Counted from the first letter of the stretch, positions 50,913 to 60,835 are shown. The stretch: 64,000 nucleotides of DNA from Candidatus Poriferihabitaceae bacterium (GCA_965262585.1 OZ253546.1:1277202-1341201); one strand, 5' to 3'. Translations and numbers: made by a program. Notes: generated by a model not told the origin, from the sequence alone.

Positions 50913-52145
50913 ATGAAACGAATCGTAATCACCGGCTGCGGCATCGTGTCCAGCCTCGGAAACAACCAAGCCGAAGTGTGCGAATCGCTGCGCCGTGGCA
51001 GATCCGGCATCGTCTTCAATCAGGAGTATGCCGACCTCGGCATGCGCAGCCGCGTGTGCGGCGAAATCAACCTCGACGCCGAGGCGATGATCGACCGCAA
51101 ACTCTACCGCTTCATGGGCGACGCCGCGGCCTACAGTTACATCGCCATGGGCGAAGCCATCGAGCAAGCCGGATTGTCCGAATCCATGGTCTCAAACGAA
51201 AGAACCGGCCTGCTGCTCGGCACCGGCGGCGCATCACCGCAACACATCGTCCACGCCGCCGACACCCTGCGCGAGCGCGGCATTCGCCGGGTCGGGCCGT
51301 ACATGGTTACCAAGACCATGGCCAGCACCATCACCGCCTGCGTCGGCACCGCCCTGAAAATCAAGGGCGTGTCTTACGCCATCAGTTCCGCCTGCTCCAC
51401 CAGCGCCCACTGCATCGGCCACGGTGCCGAGTTGATTGAACTCGGCAAGCAGGATGTGGTGTTTGCCGGCGGCGGCGAGGAATTGCACTGGACGCTGTCG
51501 GTATTGTTCGACGGCATGGGCGCGATGTCATCAAACTTCAATGATTCACCGACCACCGCATCTCGCCCCTACGACCGCGACCGAGACGGCTTCGTGATTT
51601 CCGGCGGTGCCGGGGTGGTGGTGCTGGAATCATTGCAACACGCCGAAAAACGCGGCGCGCCCATCCTCGCCGAACTGGTCGGCTATGGTGCCACCTCAGA
51701 CGGCTTCGATATGGTGCAACCCTCCGGCGAAGGCGCGGTGCGTTGCATGCGTCAGGCGATGCAACACCTCGACCCCGCCGAAACCCCGGTGCAATACATC
51801 AACGCCCACGGCACCAGCACGCCGGTCGGCGATATGTGCGAACTCAAGGCCATCGCCGAAATATTCGGCAACGGCGAGGGCGCACCGTGGATAGGCTCCA
51901 CCAAATCCCTGAGCGGCCACGCCTTAGGTGCAGCCGGCGTCAACGAGACCATCTACACGCTGCTGATGATGAAAGAAGGCTTTGTCGCCGCCTCCGCCAA
52001 CATCGAAAACCTCGCCCCCGAAGCCATCGGCCATCCCATCGTGACCAAACGCCAAGACGGAGTCGACCTGCAAGTAGCCATGAGCAACAGTTTCGGTTTC
52101 GGCGGCACCAACAGCAGCCTGATATTCAAACGCTGGAGCGGATGA
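50913..52145 (+). CDS. fabB: Beta-ketoacyl-ACP synthase I
   Basis: [40 protein letters not shown]; follows fabA. Confidence 0.95.
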   Translation: MKRIVITGCGIVSSLGNNQAEVCESLRRGRSGIVFNQEYADLGMRSRVCGEINLDAEAMIDRKLYRFMGDAAAYSYIAMGEAIEQAGLSESMVSNERTGLLLGTGGASPQHIVHAADTLRERGIRRVGPYMVTKTMASTITACVGTALKIKGVSYAISSACSTSAHCIGHGAELIELGKQDVVFAGGGEELHWTLSVLFDGMGAMSSNFNDSPTTASRPYDRDRDGFVISGGAGVVVLESLQHAEKRGAPILAELVGYGATSDGFDMVQPSGEGAVRCMRQAMQHLDPAETPVQYINAHGTSTPVGDMCELKAIAEIFGNGEGAPWIGSTKSLSGHALGAAGVNETIYTLLMMKEGFVAASANIENLAPEAIGHPIVTKRQDGVDLQVAMSNSFGFGGTNSSLIFKRWSG

Positions 52146-53209
52146 TTCAACGACACTCGTCTTCATTCCCGCGCAGGCGGGAATCCAGTAAAACAAACTC
52201 GGCGCAAGCCGCTCCTTCATCCATCATCCTATGGCTATCGCTATGTTGCCTGCTGATATTTGCTCTGGTGGTTCTTGGCGGTGCAGTGCGCCTTACCGGT
52301 TCCGGGCTTTCCATGGTCGACTGGCGGCCCCTCGGCGGCATCCTTCCGCCTCTCAATAAAATAGAGTGGCTTCAAGCCTTCGAAAGTTATCGGCAATTCC
52401 CCGAGTTTCAACTCGTCAACCCCGACATGACCCTCGCCGGGTTTCGCTTCATATTCTGGATGGAATACGCCCACCGCCTGCTCGGGCGCGTAGTCGGCAT
52501 GGTATTCCTGCTGCCGTTTTTGTTTTTTCTGTGGCGCGGGATGTTGCCCCGGGCGGTGGCCGGCGGCCTGTGGGGACTGTTTTTTCTCGGCGCATTACAA
52601 GGATTGCTCGGCTGGTATATGGTGCAAAGCGGCCTCGCCGACAACCCCGAAGTCAGCCACTACCGCCTGCTGATGCACTTCATGCTGGCGGTCATCATTT
52701 ATGCCTGTCTGGTAGGCATGGCGGCTAGCCTTCACCGACCCGCCACATCGCCCTCGCCCTCGTCCGCGCCCGCGCACCACACCGGCAAAATCGCCCTGGG
52801 CATGCTGCTATTAATGATGGCAAGCGGTGCGTTGGTGGCCGGTAGCGGCGCCGGCTACGCCTACAACACCTGGCCGAAAATGGGCACGCTATGGATACCC
52901 GAATCACTCCTAGCCCTGCACCCGTGGTGGCTCAATTTTGTCGAAAATCCGCTTGCCATCCAATTCACCCACCGCTGGCTGGCGGTGCTGGTACTCCTCG
53001 CCACCGGCGCATTCGCCCGCCGCCTGATGCGCACCGCCCGCCCCCTCGCCGCCGCCATCCTGCTGACGGCGGTAGCAACCCAATTCGCCCTCGGCATCGC
53101 CACTTTGCTACTGGGCGTCCCCGCCGCCCTCGGCATCGCCCACCAAGCCGGAGCGATGATTTTGCTGACCGTGATAGTGTTCAACCTCGCTATCTTGCCA
53201 CCCCGATAA
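52142..53209 (+). CDS. ctaA: Heme A synthase (COX15/CtaA) with a palindromic-repeat-derived N-terminal peptide
   Basis: [38 protein letters not shown]; ATGA overlap with fabB. Confidence 0.9.
   Translation: MIQRHSSSFPRRRESSKTNSAQAAPSSIILWLSLCCLLIFALVVLGGAVRLTGSGLSMVDWRPLGGILPPLNKIEWLQAFESYRQFPEFQLVNPDMTLAGFRFIFWMEYAHRLLGRVVGMVFLLPFLFFLWRGMLPRAVAGGLWGLFFLGALQGLLGWYMVQSGLADNPEVSHYRLLMHFMLAVIIYACLVGMAASLHRPATSPSPSSAPAHHTGKIALGMLLLMMASGALVAGSGAGYAYNTWPKMGTLWIPESLLALHPWWLNFVENPLAIQFTHRWLAVLVLLATGAFARRLMRTARPLAAAILLTAVATQFALGIATLLLGVPAALGIAHQAGAMILLTVIVFNLAILPPR
52160..52216. repeat. dRS3/RPE-like element inside the ctaA 5' coding region
   Basis: ttcattcccgcgcaggcgggaatccagtaaaacaaactcggcgcaagccgctcc encodes [18 protein letters not shown]. 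Confidence 0.85.
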
Positions 53210-53276
53210 ATTACAACATAAAAAACAATAAGTTACACCAAAAACCCTAAAAAACGCAGGAAATCACAAAAATTCC

Positions 53277-53305
53277 TTGACAAACATTAACAAAATGTTA
53301 ATATT
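53277..53305 (+). promoter_or_regulatory. Candidate sigma70 promoter with palindromic operator
   Basis: TTGACA at 53277-53282, ATTAACA-AAA-TGTTAAT at 53286-53302, TAATAT at 53299-53304. Confidence 0.5.
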
Positions 53306-53309
53306 CGCC

Positions 53310-53496
53310 CCACTAATGATGCATTCGGCATCGTTGCGCTATTTTAATAGTGCGTGGTAAATACTATTACTACGCATAAAAATCCCGTTTTACGGCACAT
53401 AAGTGCTTGATTAGCATTGTGATTCGCGGTTATCACGCAGTTTTTTCGGTTAGAAAGTCAAGATCAAAAAAAACCGGAGCCGAAGCCCCGGTTTTT
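53310..53496 (+). ncRNA. Candidate structured small RNA (unassigned)
   Basis: Promoter upstream, several short hairpins, terminator downstream, no credible ORF. Confidence 0.3.
53466..53496. terminator. Bidirectional intrinsic terminator
   Basis: AAAAAAAACCGGAGC-CGAA-GCCCCGGTTTTT. Confidence 0.75.
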
Positions 53497-53597
53497 CATA
53501 CAGGTGGGATTTGGGGGGAACACATACGAGAGGTGCAGACCCCCTCGCATGCAGAGGTATCTCACGCCTCCCCCCGCATCCCATTTACCGCATAGGA

Positions 53598-54833
53598 TTA
53601 AAAATCAACCCGCATGCCAATGTAATGGCGGGAACCGTCCCAATTTTTGTTCTCGCTGTCGAGGTCGACGGCTTCGTAGTAAATCTTCAGACCACCGCCT
53701 ACGTTGTGGTAGACACCCCAGGTGAATTGCTCTGAATCATCATTACTTACCGAAACACCTGTGCTCTCGCTTCTAACTTGACGACCATCATCAGCCTCGG
53801 AGTAACCAAGCAACCAATTGGTTTTTTCGCTGAAGTTACCACCGCCATAGATAAAGAAGGTATCAATATCATCATTAGCCTTAATAACGAAACCGAGACT
53901 GCTTACATCACTTTCCCCGGTATTATCAGTAGAATTACCGTTATCGTTGGCATCAATCGTACCCGTTACTGGGATATCTCTTACATCATCCCGTTCATAG
54001 TTCTGCCAACCGACCGACAACCAGTATCCACCGAAATTGCCTTTTATAGCAACACCGATGCGCTCTTCGTCGTGGCCAATTTCATCTTCACCTTCAAACT
54101 CCCCAGTAGCTAAAGCCCCATCACCTGCGGTACCATCCGCCGACAATACAAATGAACGGTTGTTAAGAGGGGAATCATTGGCATCCTCACGTTCTTCGGA
54201 ATCCCAAGCCGCAGCAATGGTGAAACTGTCACTGATTGCCCAACTTAAGCCAAGACCTACACCGTCACCACGGAGTTTTTCCGCCACACCTGATCCTTCG
54301 TTGCCATCATCATTCACGCGAACATCCAATTCAGCATATATCGGGCCGAAGGAATTGGAATACTTGATGGTGTTGGAAGTACGGAAAGGAGCACCGCCGA
54401 CAGATGAGTACAGGTAGTAGCCGAGCGAGTAGGTCGGGCTGACTAGCGTACCGAAAGTGTTGAAGTAGGAACTCCACTGGTTACCGACATCGATACGACC
54501 GAAAGGTCCGGAAAGACCGACTGTGGCAATACGGATGTCGTTGATGCCCGGCTCTTCTTTGTCGGTAGTGGTAGCAAACTCATACCGCCCGTGGGCGGTC
54601 AAGCCGTTACCGATTTCCTTGTTGTATTTGATGCCAAAACGGGATGAAACGCTGCTCACATCGGTGCTCGAATCACTCTCATCGAAGCCGGGAGTATCGG
54701 GGTCATCATTCACAGCGATGTCGTTAATATCAATGGCGTTGTTGATACGGCCATATAGCGTAACCTCGCCATATGCCGCCACCGGCGCCACTATTGCGGC
54801 GGACACGGCGGCTGCGATTAGTTTTTTGTTCAT
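53598..54833 (-). CDS. Gram-negative general porin
   Basis: MNKKLIAAAV signal peptide, VTLYGRIN, SRFGIK, terminal GMRVDF. Confidence 0.88.
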   Translation of the reverse strand: MNKKLIAAAVSAAIVAPVAAYGEVTLYGRINNAIDINDIAVNDDPDTPGFDESDSSTDVSSVSSRFGIKYNKEIGNGLTAHGRYEFATTTDKEEPGINDIRIATVGLSGPFGRIDVGNQWSSYFNTFGTLVSPTYSLGYYLYSSVGGAPFRTSNTIKYSNSFGPIYAELDVRVNDDGNEGSGVAEKLRGDGVGLGLSWAISDSFTIAAAWDSEEREDANDSPLNNRSFVLSADGTAGDGALATGEFEGEDEIGHDEERIGVAIKGNFGGYWLSVGWQNYERDDVRDIPVTGTIDANDNGNSTDNTGESDVSSLGFVIKANDDIDTFFIYGGGNFSEKTNWLLGYSEADDGRQVRSESTGVSVSNDDSEQFTWGVYHNVGGGLKIYYEAVDLDSENKNWDGSRHYIGMRVDF

Positions 54834-54893
54834 GAGTTACCTCTCGGTTATAGTATTTACCGAGTACTATCGAAACCAAGAACAAACCCAAAA

Positions 54894-54970
54894 GGACAGA
54901 TCGCGACCTTTCCCTACGGGGGGCGACGGGGATTGCCGGTGGCAATGCGGACAGGCACAGGGGCCTACCC
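54894..54970. repeat. Two degenerate GTAG-type REPs flanking a ggcgacggggattgccgg segment
   Basis: ggacagatcgcgacctttccctac and ggacaggcacaggggcctaccc; the spacer resembles the reverse complement of sequence following the REPs at 5725 and 6751. Confidence 0.55.
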
Positions 54971-56125
54971 GGCTTCCGCCGCTGGCAGGCTTTGCAGTAC
55001 ATCATCCAAAAACCGGTAGCCACGCTCGCCGCATCCTATGTGGCCTTTTTCGTACACCACCCAGCCTCGGGTGATGGCGTCGTCCAGTAAGGCGACTGCT
55101 TCGCCGGTGCTGTGGCCGGTGCGGGTTGTGATCAGGCGGGTATCGAAGCCGTCGGTTAGGCGTAGGGCGTTCATCAGGAACTCAAACAATACCTCGTGGC
55201 TCGGGACTTCTCCGCTCCCGCCGACTCCCCGCTCGTCTCCCACCGAATCCAAATAACGCTGCGGATGCTTTTGTTTCCAGTAGCGGGTGATTTGGCTGTG
55301 GTGGGTGATTTTCCCATGGGCGCCGGCGCCGATGCCGAGGTAGTCGCCGAATTGCCAGTAGTTGAGGTTGTGTTGGCATTGCTGGCCCGGCTTGGCGTGG
55401 GCGGAAACTTCGTAGCGGTTGTAGCCGTGCCCGGCTGCCAGTTGGTGCAGTTCTTCCTGCATTTCCACGATGCGGTCGTGGTCTGGCAAGTTCGGGGGAT
55501 GGCGGTGGAACCAGGTGTTGGGCTCGATGGTGAGTTGGTAGAGCGACAGGTGGGGCGGTGAAAACTCCAGAGCAGATTCCAAGTCGCGGAGTGCCGCTTG
55601 TGGGGTTTGTTCCGGCAGGCCATACATTAAGTCGAGGTTGAAGTTGGTGAATCCGGCGTCACGGGCGGCGCGAATGGCGGCGCGGATTTCATCGGCGGTG
55701 TGAATGCGTCCGAGCCGCGCAAGGTGGGCGTCGTTAAAACTCTGCGCGCCCAGCGACAGGCGGTTGACGCCGGCCGCTCGGTAGGCGGCGAAGTCATCGT
55801 GTTCGACGGCGCCGGGGTTGGCTTCCATGGTGATTTCGATGGACTCGTCGAACGGCAGGCGCGCCCGGACTTCCCTCAGCAAGCGAGCGATGGCGGGAGC
55901 ACCAAACAAACTCGGCGTGCCGCCGCCCATGAAGATGGAAACTAGTTTTCGCCGGGCGCTGGGGTGGATGGCGAGGTCGTGGTCCAGGTCACGAATCAGC
56001 GCGTCGATATAGGCCGGTTGGTTGACGGGGGCGCGTTGCCGATGGGAATTGAAATCGCAGTAGGGACATTTTTTTACGCACCAGGGGAAATGGACATAAA
56101 GAGACAGGGGGGGTGCGGTATGCAT
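54965..56125 (-). CDS. hemW: Radical SAM heme chaperone HemW
   Basis: LYVHFPWCVKKCPYCDFNS, GGGTPS, YEVS, HNLNYW.FGDYLGIGAGAHG. Confidence 0.93.
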   Translation of the reverse strand: MHTAPPLSLYVHFPWCVKKCPYCDFNSHRQRAPVNQPAYIDALIRDLDHDLAIHPSARRKLVSIFMGGGTPSLFGAPAIARLLREVRARLPFDESIEITMEANPGAVEHDDFAAYRAAGVNRLSLGAQSFNDAHLARLGRIHTADEIRAAIRAARDAGFTNFNLDLMYGLPEQTPQAALRDLESALEFSPPHLSLYQLTIEPNTWFHRHPPNLPDHDRIVEMQEELHQLAAGHGYNRYEVSAHAKPGQQCQHNLNYWQFGDYLGIGAGAHGKITHHSQITRYWKQKHPQRYLDSVGDERGVGGSGEVPSHEVLFEFLMNALRLTDGFDTRLITTRTGHSTGEAVALLDDAITRGWVVYEKGHIGCGERGYRFLDDVLQSLPAAEAG

Positions 56126-56251
56126 ATCAAAGATTATATTGGCAACCGGTTTGCGCCGGGTGCGCAAGCGGCACATTTGCAAACCGGGGTATTTACAAAA
56201 CCGCGCCGATGTCGGTGGCGGCCTATCCTTCGCAGGATGCGCAGATTGCCT

Positions 56252-56359
56252 TTACTTCGGCTTGGTGTCGCCGCGGCGCGCTTCGGTGCGAATGACCAAA
56301 ATCATTATCACTGCCCAGAGAACCGTCGCAGTCAGCACGGCAAGGAAACCAGCATCCAT
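56252..56359 (-). CDS. Small single-TM protein (35 aa, absent from the ORF track)
   Basis: GAGGG RBS then MDAGFLAVLTATVLWAVIMILVIRTEARRGDTKPK*. Confidence 0.5.
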   Translation of the reverse strand: MDAGFLAVLTATVLWAVIMILVIRTEARRGDTKPK

Positions 56360-56420
56360 CAAACTACCCTCGAAACGCCTATCTAATTTGCGCTCCCGCG
56401 CAACATCGTGGTGTCAAACT

Positions 56421-57044
56421 TCATTTCTCCACCCAGCGAATCAGCGGCCGCCACTGCTCCACATCTTGCCCCACCTGATACGGCGACATTTCAAAAATTC
56501 CATACCCGGCATCAGCGGCGCGGATGTAGTTCTGGGCATCCCGCAGGTGAGTGATGAGGGGGATTTTTATCCGCCGCAGGAACTGTTCGAGGTTGTGGTA
56601 GATGACGGTGTTTTCGCGGACGCGGTTGGCGACCAGGCCCACCGAGGCGGTGTGCAGGAGATCGCTGAGCATGAGTTCGCCGATGAAATGGCCGGCGGCG
56701 CGGATGTCGATGGGCGATGGCAACACCGGCAGGATTACGCGGTCGGCGAATGCGAACAGGCGCTTTAACTGCTGGAGTGGGATGCGCGCCGGGGAGTCGA
56801 TAATGACCCGCTGAATATCATCGGACACGCTGGCACGACCGGCCTGACCGAGGCTGGCGTCTATGCCCTGAATAGGATTCAAATCCGAACTCCGCTGGGC
56901 CAGCCATTCAAGGCTGGATTGCTGGGGATCGTAATCCACCAACGCCACGGGCACTTTCCACAGCGCGTAGTAACTGGCCAGATTGGTAGCCAGCGTGGAT
57001 TTCCCACAGCCGCCCTTGGAATTCACCACCAAAATTGTTTTCAT
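56421..57044 (-). CDS. ParA/MinD-family ATPase (orphan)
   Basis: NSKGGCGKST, DYDPQQS, IIDSPA, VLPSPIDI. Confidence 0.88.
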   Translation of the reverse strand: MKTILVVNSKGGCGKSTLATNLASYYALWKVPVALVDYDPQQSSLEWLAQRSSDLNPIQGIDASLGQAGRASVSDDIQRVIIDSPARIPLQQLKRLFAFADRVILPVLPSPIDIRAAGHFIGELMLSDLLHTASVGLVANRVRENTVIYHNLEQFLRRIKIPLITHLRDAQNYIRAADAGYGIFEMSPYQVGQDVEQWRPLIRWVEK

Positions 57045-57210
57045 CGCATTCTCCTGTTGTTTTCGCTTGCGCCGGGTGGCCGGCGTTGAGGAATTATGAG
57101 GCATTCTATAGGGCAATGCCGGGGAAATTCAATAGCCATATATGCCGTTCACCACCTATTATGCTTTGGATGAGGCTGAAATAGGGAGGGATTGTGGATT
57201 TTCCGACCTC

Positions 57211-57234
57211 GTAGGGGCATCGCCCTGCTTATCC
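57211..57234 (+). repeat. Degenerate GTAG-type REP
   Basis: gtaggggcatcgccctgcttatcc. Confidence 0.5.
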
Positions 57235-57280
57235 GAAGCGGCAGAGTTACTCATTATAATGTCCGGCGCAAGCCGCTTCC

Positions 57281-58423
57281 TTATACCGTTAGGATTTTAA
57301 TTTTTGTGGCGATTAATGCGGCGGTGGTTAGCATCAGGGCTGAGATCATTACCAACGCTTGCCAGCCAAGGCCGAGGTAGACATAGCCCGATAGCCACGA
57401 GCCGAGGGCGCCGCTGGAATAATAAATGGATACATATAATCCGTTGACTACGCCTTTGTGTTCGGTTGCGAGTTCGTTGGCGAGGCCGAATAGTGCGGCG
57501 TGGATGAAAAACATTCCGGCGGCGAATATGAACATCGTTGCGAATAACACGGTGGCGTCGGGCACGATGTAGAGCGTTAGGCCGATGGCGTTCACGCCGA
57601 GACCGAGGAGCAAGGCGCGATTGACGGAACCGCAGGCGCGCACGATTTGAGATGAAAAGACCGCGGCGGGAATGCCGACCAGATAGCCGGTATACAACAG
57701 CGAGGCGTGCAGCGATCCGCTCGATGGGGCGATTTCTGCGAGTCGGAATGGCAGTAGGTTGAGCATCCCGGAGAACACGATGAAAGCGCAGGACAACACC
57801 AGATAACTGTTGCGGTATAGCGGGGTGGCGAGCACTCGTTTGATGCTGCGCACATCGAGGCGTTGAAAATCGATTTCGGCATCGGCGTCGAGGTGGCGCA
57901 ACATCACCCACGCCGGTAGCAATAGCAATCCCATGAGCACGAACATCCACTGCCAGTTGAGCCAGTGGGTGAGCAAACCGCCGAGCAAGCGGCTGGTGAA
58001 ACCGCCGAAGATGGTCGCGCCGATATACCAGCCCATGATGCGCCGCAGTTTGCCGGGCGGTGCCATAGTGGCGCAATAAGTGGTGAGCGAAGTGAAGATC
58101 GCCGGTAGTAACAAGCCTTGCACAAAGCGCAACGCCAAGAGATGCCAGAATTCGGTCGCCGCGAAAAATGCGAGTTGGTTGATGATTAACAACAACACCG
58201 CCATACGCAACATCGAGCGCGCCGGAATCGCCTGCAAAAAATAGCCGTAGATGATCGGCGCAAGCGCGAGTGGTGCAAGCGTAAACGTAACCAACAACGC
58301 ACTATCGGCGGCGCTCACGCCAAACTCGGCACTCAGCAACGGCAGAATCGGCTGCGGCGTATACAAAGTACAAAACGACAGGAAAGTCGTGCCGAGCGCA
58401 ATCAGCAGGTTTTTGTCATTCAT
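57281..58423 (-). CDS. MFS transporter (YnfM-like)
   Basis: LYTPQPILP, LRFVQG, GLYVSIYY.SG; about 12 TM. Confidence 0.85.
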   Translation of the reverse strand: MNDKNLLIALGTTFLSFCTLYTPQPILPLLSAEFGVSAADSALLVTFTLAPLALAPIIYGYFLQAIPARSMLRMAVLLLIINQLAFFAATEFWHLLALRFVQGLLLPAIFTSLTTYCATMAPPGKLRRIMGWYIGATIFGGFTSRLLGGLLTHWLNWQWMFVLMGLLLLPAWVMLRHLDADAEIDFQRLDVRSIKRVLATPLYRNSYLVLSCAFIVFSGMLNLLPFRLAEIAPSSGSLHASLLYTGYLVGIPAAVFSSQIVRACGSVNRALLLGLGVNAIGLTLYIVPDATVLFATMFIFAAGMFFIHAALFGLANELATEHKGVVNGLYVSIYYSSGALGSWLSGYVYLGLGWQALVMISALMLTTAALIATKIKILTV

Positions 58424-58554
58424 CCGGCGGTCGGCGTGGGAATGTGCGGGGGGGATTATAGGGTAAGTTTGGGATGGGGGGGTTGCGGTTGCGCTAGGCG
58501 CGGGGGGTGCGCGTGACGCGCAATGCGGGGGGTTTGTGCCGGTTCTTAGTAATG

Positions 58555-58644
58555 AACGGCTACGCCGCACATTTTTTTACTGGATTCCAGTTGCGCGGGA
58601 ATGACGGGGTTATGTTTTTCGTAGGGACAGGTGCCTGTCCCTAC
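58555..58644. repeat. Composite dRS3-like + GTAG palindrome
   Basis: ctggattccagttgcgcgggaatgacggggttatgtttttc-GTAGGGACAGGTGCCTGTCCCTAC. Confidence 0.8.
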
Positions 58645-58657
58645 GAGGTTGGGCGTG

Positions 58658-59962
58658 CTATTTATTCAGGTCTATATGCAGTTGCAGGGCAAAGATATTT
58701 GCTGCGGTGTCTTCGTATTTGCCGTTTAGGTTGGAGGCTACCGCTTGAGGTGTCGCGCCCGGTATGCCGCTGAGGGTTGTTTGATTAATCGCGGCGTCGT
58801 CGGTGAACAAATGCGCGAAGGAGAAATCGATGCGCATTCGGGGGGTTGCTTGATAACTGCCGCCGGCGGTTAGCCATTCGCGGTTGCTGTCGGGGATGCG
58901 CGGGGTGCGGTAGGTGTCGTTTTTGATGGGCGATTCATCGCGGGCGTAACCGGCGCGCACTGTCCAGCGGTCGGTGGGGCGGTAGCGGAGGCCGATGCTG
59001 TAGGTGTTTGAATTTTTCCAGTTTTGCGGGGTGACATCCGCCGCCCCGCCGTTGTCCAATTCGATGCGTAGTTCTTCGAACTCGCTCCAGTCGGTGTGGC
59101 GAATGGTGGCGAATAGGTCGAATTGGTCGCTGAGTTTTTTGAAGCCGGACAGGTATATGGTGGACGGCAAGTTCAGATCGGCACTGGCGCCGGTTTTTAC
59201 GCCGAGTCCGGGGATGGTCAGGTCGCCGTCCAATTCAAGGGCGGTGCGCGAGCGGTATCCTAAGCCGATGCGCGCATTTTCATCGCCGACTACGATGCCG
59301 AAATTAAAACCAACGCCGGTGTCGTCGCCTTCTACGGTGGCGCGGGCATCGGGGTTGCCGGCGCCGGTATACAGGGCGCGACTGAGTTCGGCGTCGGCGG
59401 TGATTAAGGTAATACCGGCGCCGATGCTGAAGGTGTCGTTCACTTTGTATGCCACCGCCGGGTTGATTTCAACGGTGATGAGTTCGGTTTTGATGGCGTG
59501 ATAGCGGCCAATCCAGTTGGCGTTGTATTCGGTGGTCAAGCCAAACGGCGAGGTGATGCCGATGCCGTAGCGCAGGTTTGTGCCGAGGTCGGCGGCGTAA
59601 AAGAAATTCGGCACCAGCGCGTCTTCACCGCCATTCGCTTCGATTCCGGTTGCGGGTGTGGGTGGCGAAATGGTCGGGAGTAGCGGAGTTTCGGTGGAGT
59701 TGAGGTTCTTGAATTGTGCGTTCGGGTGAATGGAATGTAATCCGAATTGGAAATCGCGCCCGGTGCCGAGCATTAACCCGGCCGGGTTGTGGAACAGGTC
59801 GGCGGGCCCGTTGCCGGTGATGCCGGCGCCGGCAAAAGCCAACCCCAAGCCGCTGACGCTGGTTTCGCTTACTTGAAATCCGGCCGCTAATGCGCTTCCG
59901 CTGACCAGCGGGAATGCGATTGCAGTTGCGATGAGTGAACGGATTATTGTTGAAATTTTCAT
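58658..59962 (-). CDS. FadL/OmpP1/TodX outer-membrane transporter
   Basis: AGFQVSETSVSGLG.AFAG, NPAG, PFGL.TEY, RTPRIPD..R. Confidence 0.9.
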   Translation of the reverse strand: MKISTIIRSLIATAIAFPLVSGSALAAGFQVSETSVSGLGLAFAGAGITGNGPADLFHNPAGLMLGTGRDFQFGLHSIHPNAQFKNLNSTETPLLPTISPPTPATGIEANGGEDALVPNFFYAADLGTNLRYGIGITSPFGLTTEYNANWIGRYHAIKTELITVEINPAVAYKVNDTFSIGAGITLITADAELSRALYTGAGNPDARATVEGDDTGVGFNFGIVVGDENARIGLGYRSRTALELDGDLTIPGLGVKTGASADLNLPSTIYLSGFKKLSDQFDLFATIRHTDWSEFEELRIELDNGGAADVTPQNWKNSNTYSIGLRYRPTDRWTVRAGYARDESPIKNDTYRTPRIPDSNREWLTAGGSYQATPRMRIDFSFAHLFTDDAAINQTTLSGIPGATPQAVASNLNGKYEDTAANIFALQLHIDLNK

Positions 59963-59984
59963 TATGAGTGCTTCCTTTATAAAG

Positions 59985-60035
59985 TCCGGCTACGCCGGGA
60001 TTGTTTTCCTGGATTCCAGTTGCGCGGGAATGACG
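59985..60035. repeat. dRS3-like palindrome with satellite hairpin
   Basis: tccggctacgccgggattgttttcctggattccagttgcgcgggaatgac. Confidence 0.8.
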
Positions 60036-60548
60036 ATGGGTGGAGGGAATACAAACGATGCGACTTGGTATGATGCGATTTGCAACCGGGCGGGAGGATA
60101 GCGGTTTTTGAAAATTAATCAAGGAGTGTCTGTGGCTTTGAATTCAACCTTAGAAGTGCAACAAGGGATTTATGCCGAATAGTCCTGATTCGGTGTTTTC
60201 ATGCCAAGGCATTTACGCGACCGGTTGTTAATTTGGTTGACCACCTGTGCCAGTTGCGAGGTTCTGATGATCGCAAAATCATAGTTTTGGAAAAAATATT
60301 GCCGTATCAGCCTGTTGGTATTCTCATTCATGGGCTGCTTGTGTGCCCCTACTGGCGCCTAACTGCGGGCTCCGGCAGGGGCGCATCGCCATATTGATTG
60401 GCGAAAATCAAGAGGCTACCGCATCCCACCTTTCCGTCATCGGTGAAGTTGCACTTATGAATTGAATTCAACAAATATGCGCATGAGGGGGCGATTCGGG
60501 GTATAATTGCGCCGATTTTTAACCAGGTTATTGAAGAGGCGATTTAGA

Positions 60549-60764
60549 ATGCCATTTGTACAAGTCCGGCAGAACGAGCCGTTTGACGTCATATTGCGGC
60601 GTTTTCGCCGTGCCTGCGAGCGTGCCGGTGTGTTCACCGAATCCCGCCGTCGCCAGTGCTATGAAAAACCCACCACCATCCGCAAGCGAGACGGCGATGC
60701 CGCGGTTCGCCGGGAAATGAAGCGCGTATCCCGGCAAAAGGCGCGCCGCCAGCGGAAGTACTGA
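60549..60764 (+). CDS. rpsU: 30S ribosomal protein S21
   Basis: MP.V.VR.NEPFDV.LRRF.R.CE.AG...E.RRR..YEKPT. Confidence 0.93.
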   Translation: MPFVQVRQNEPFDVILRRFRRACERAGVFTESRRRQCYEKPTTIRKRDGDAAVRREMKRVSRQKARRQRKY

Positions 60765-60835
60765 AAAACCCAACTGCCCAACTACCAGATACAAATTCCC
60801 CGCCCCGCCGGATTAATCCGGCCCCACCCGCCTCA

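Noticed and set aside
51743-52141. N-terminal extension of the 488-aa ORF
   Set aside because: It overlaps fabB out of frame; ctaA most plausibly starts at ATG 52142.
60040-60500. Gene or ncRNA in the long fadL-rpsU intergenic region
   Set aside because: No convincing ORF or RNA motif; only a TATAAT near 60503 upstream of rpsU.
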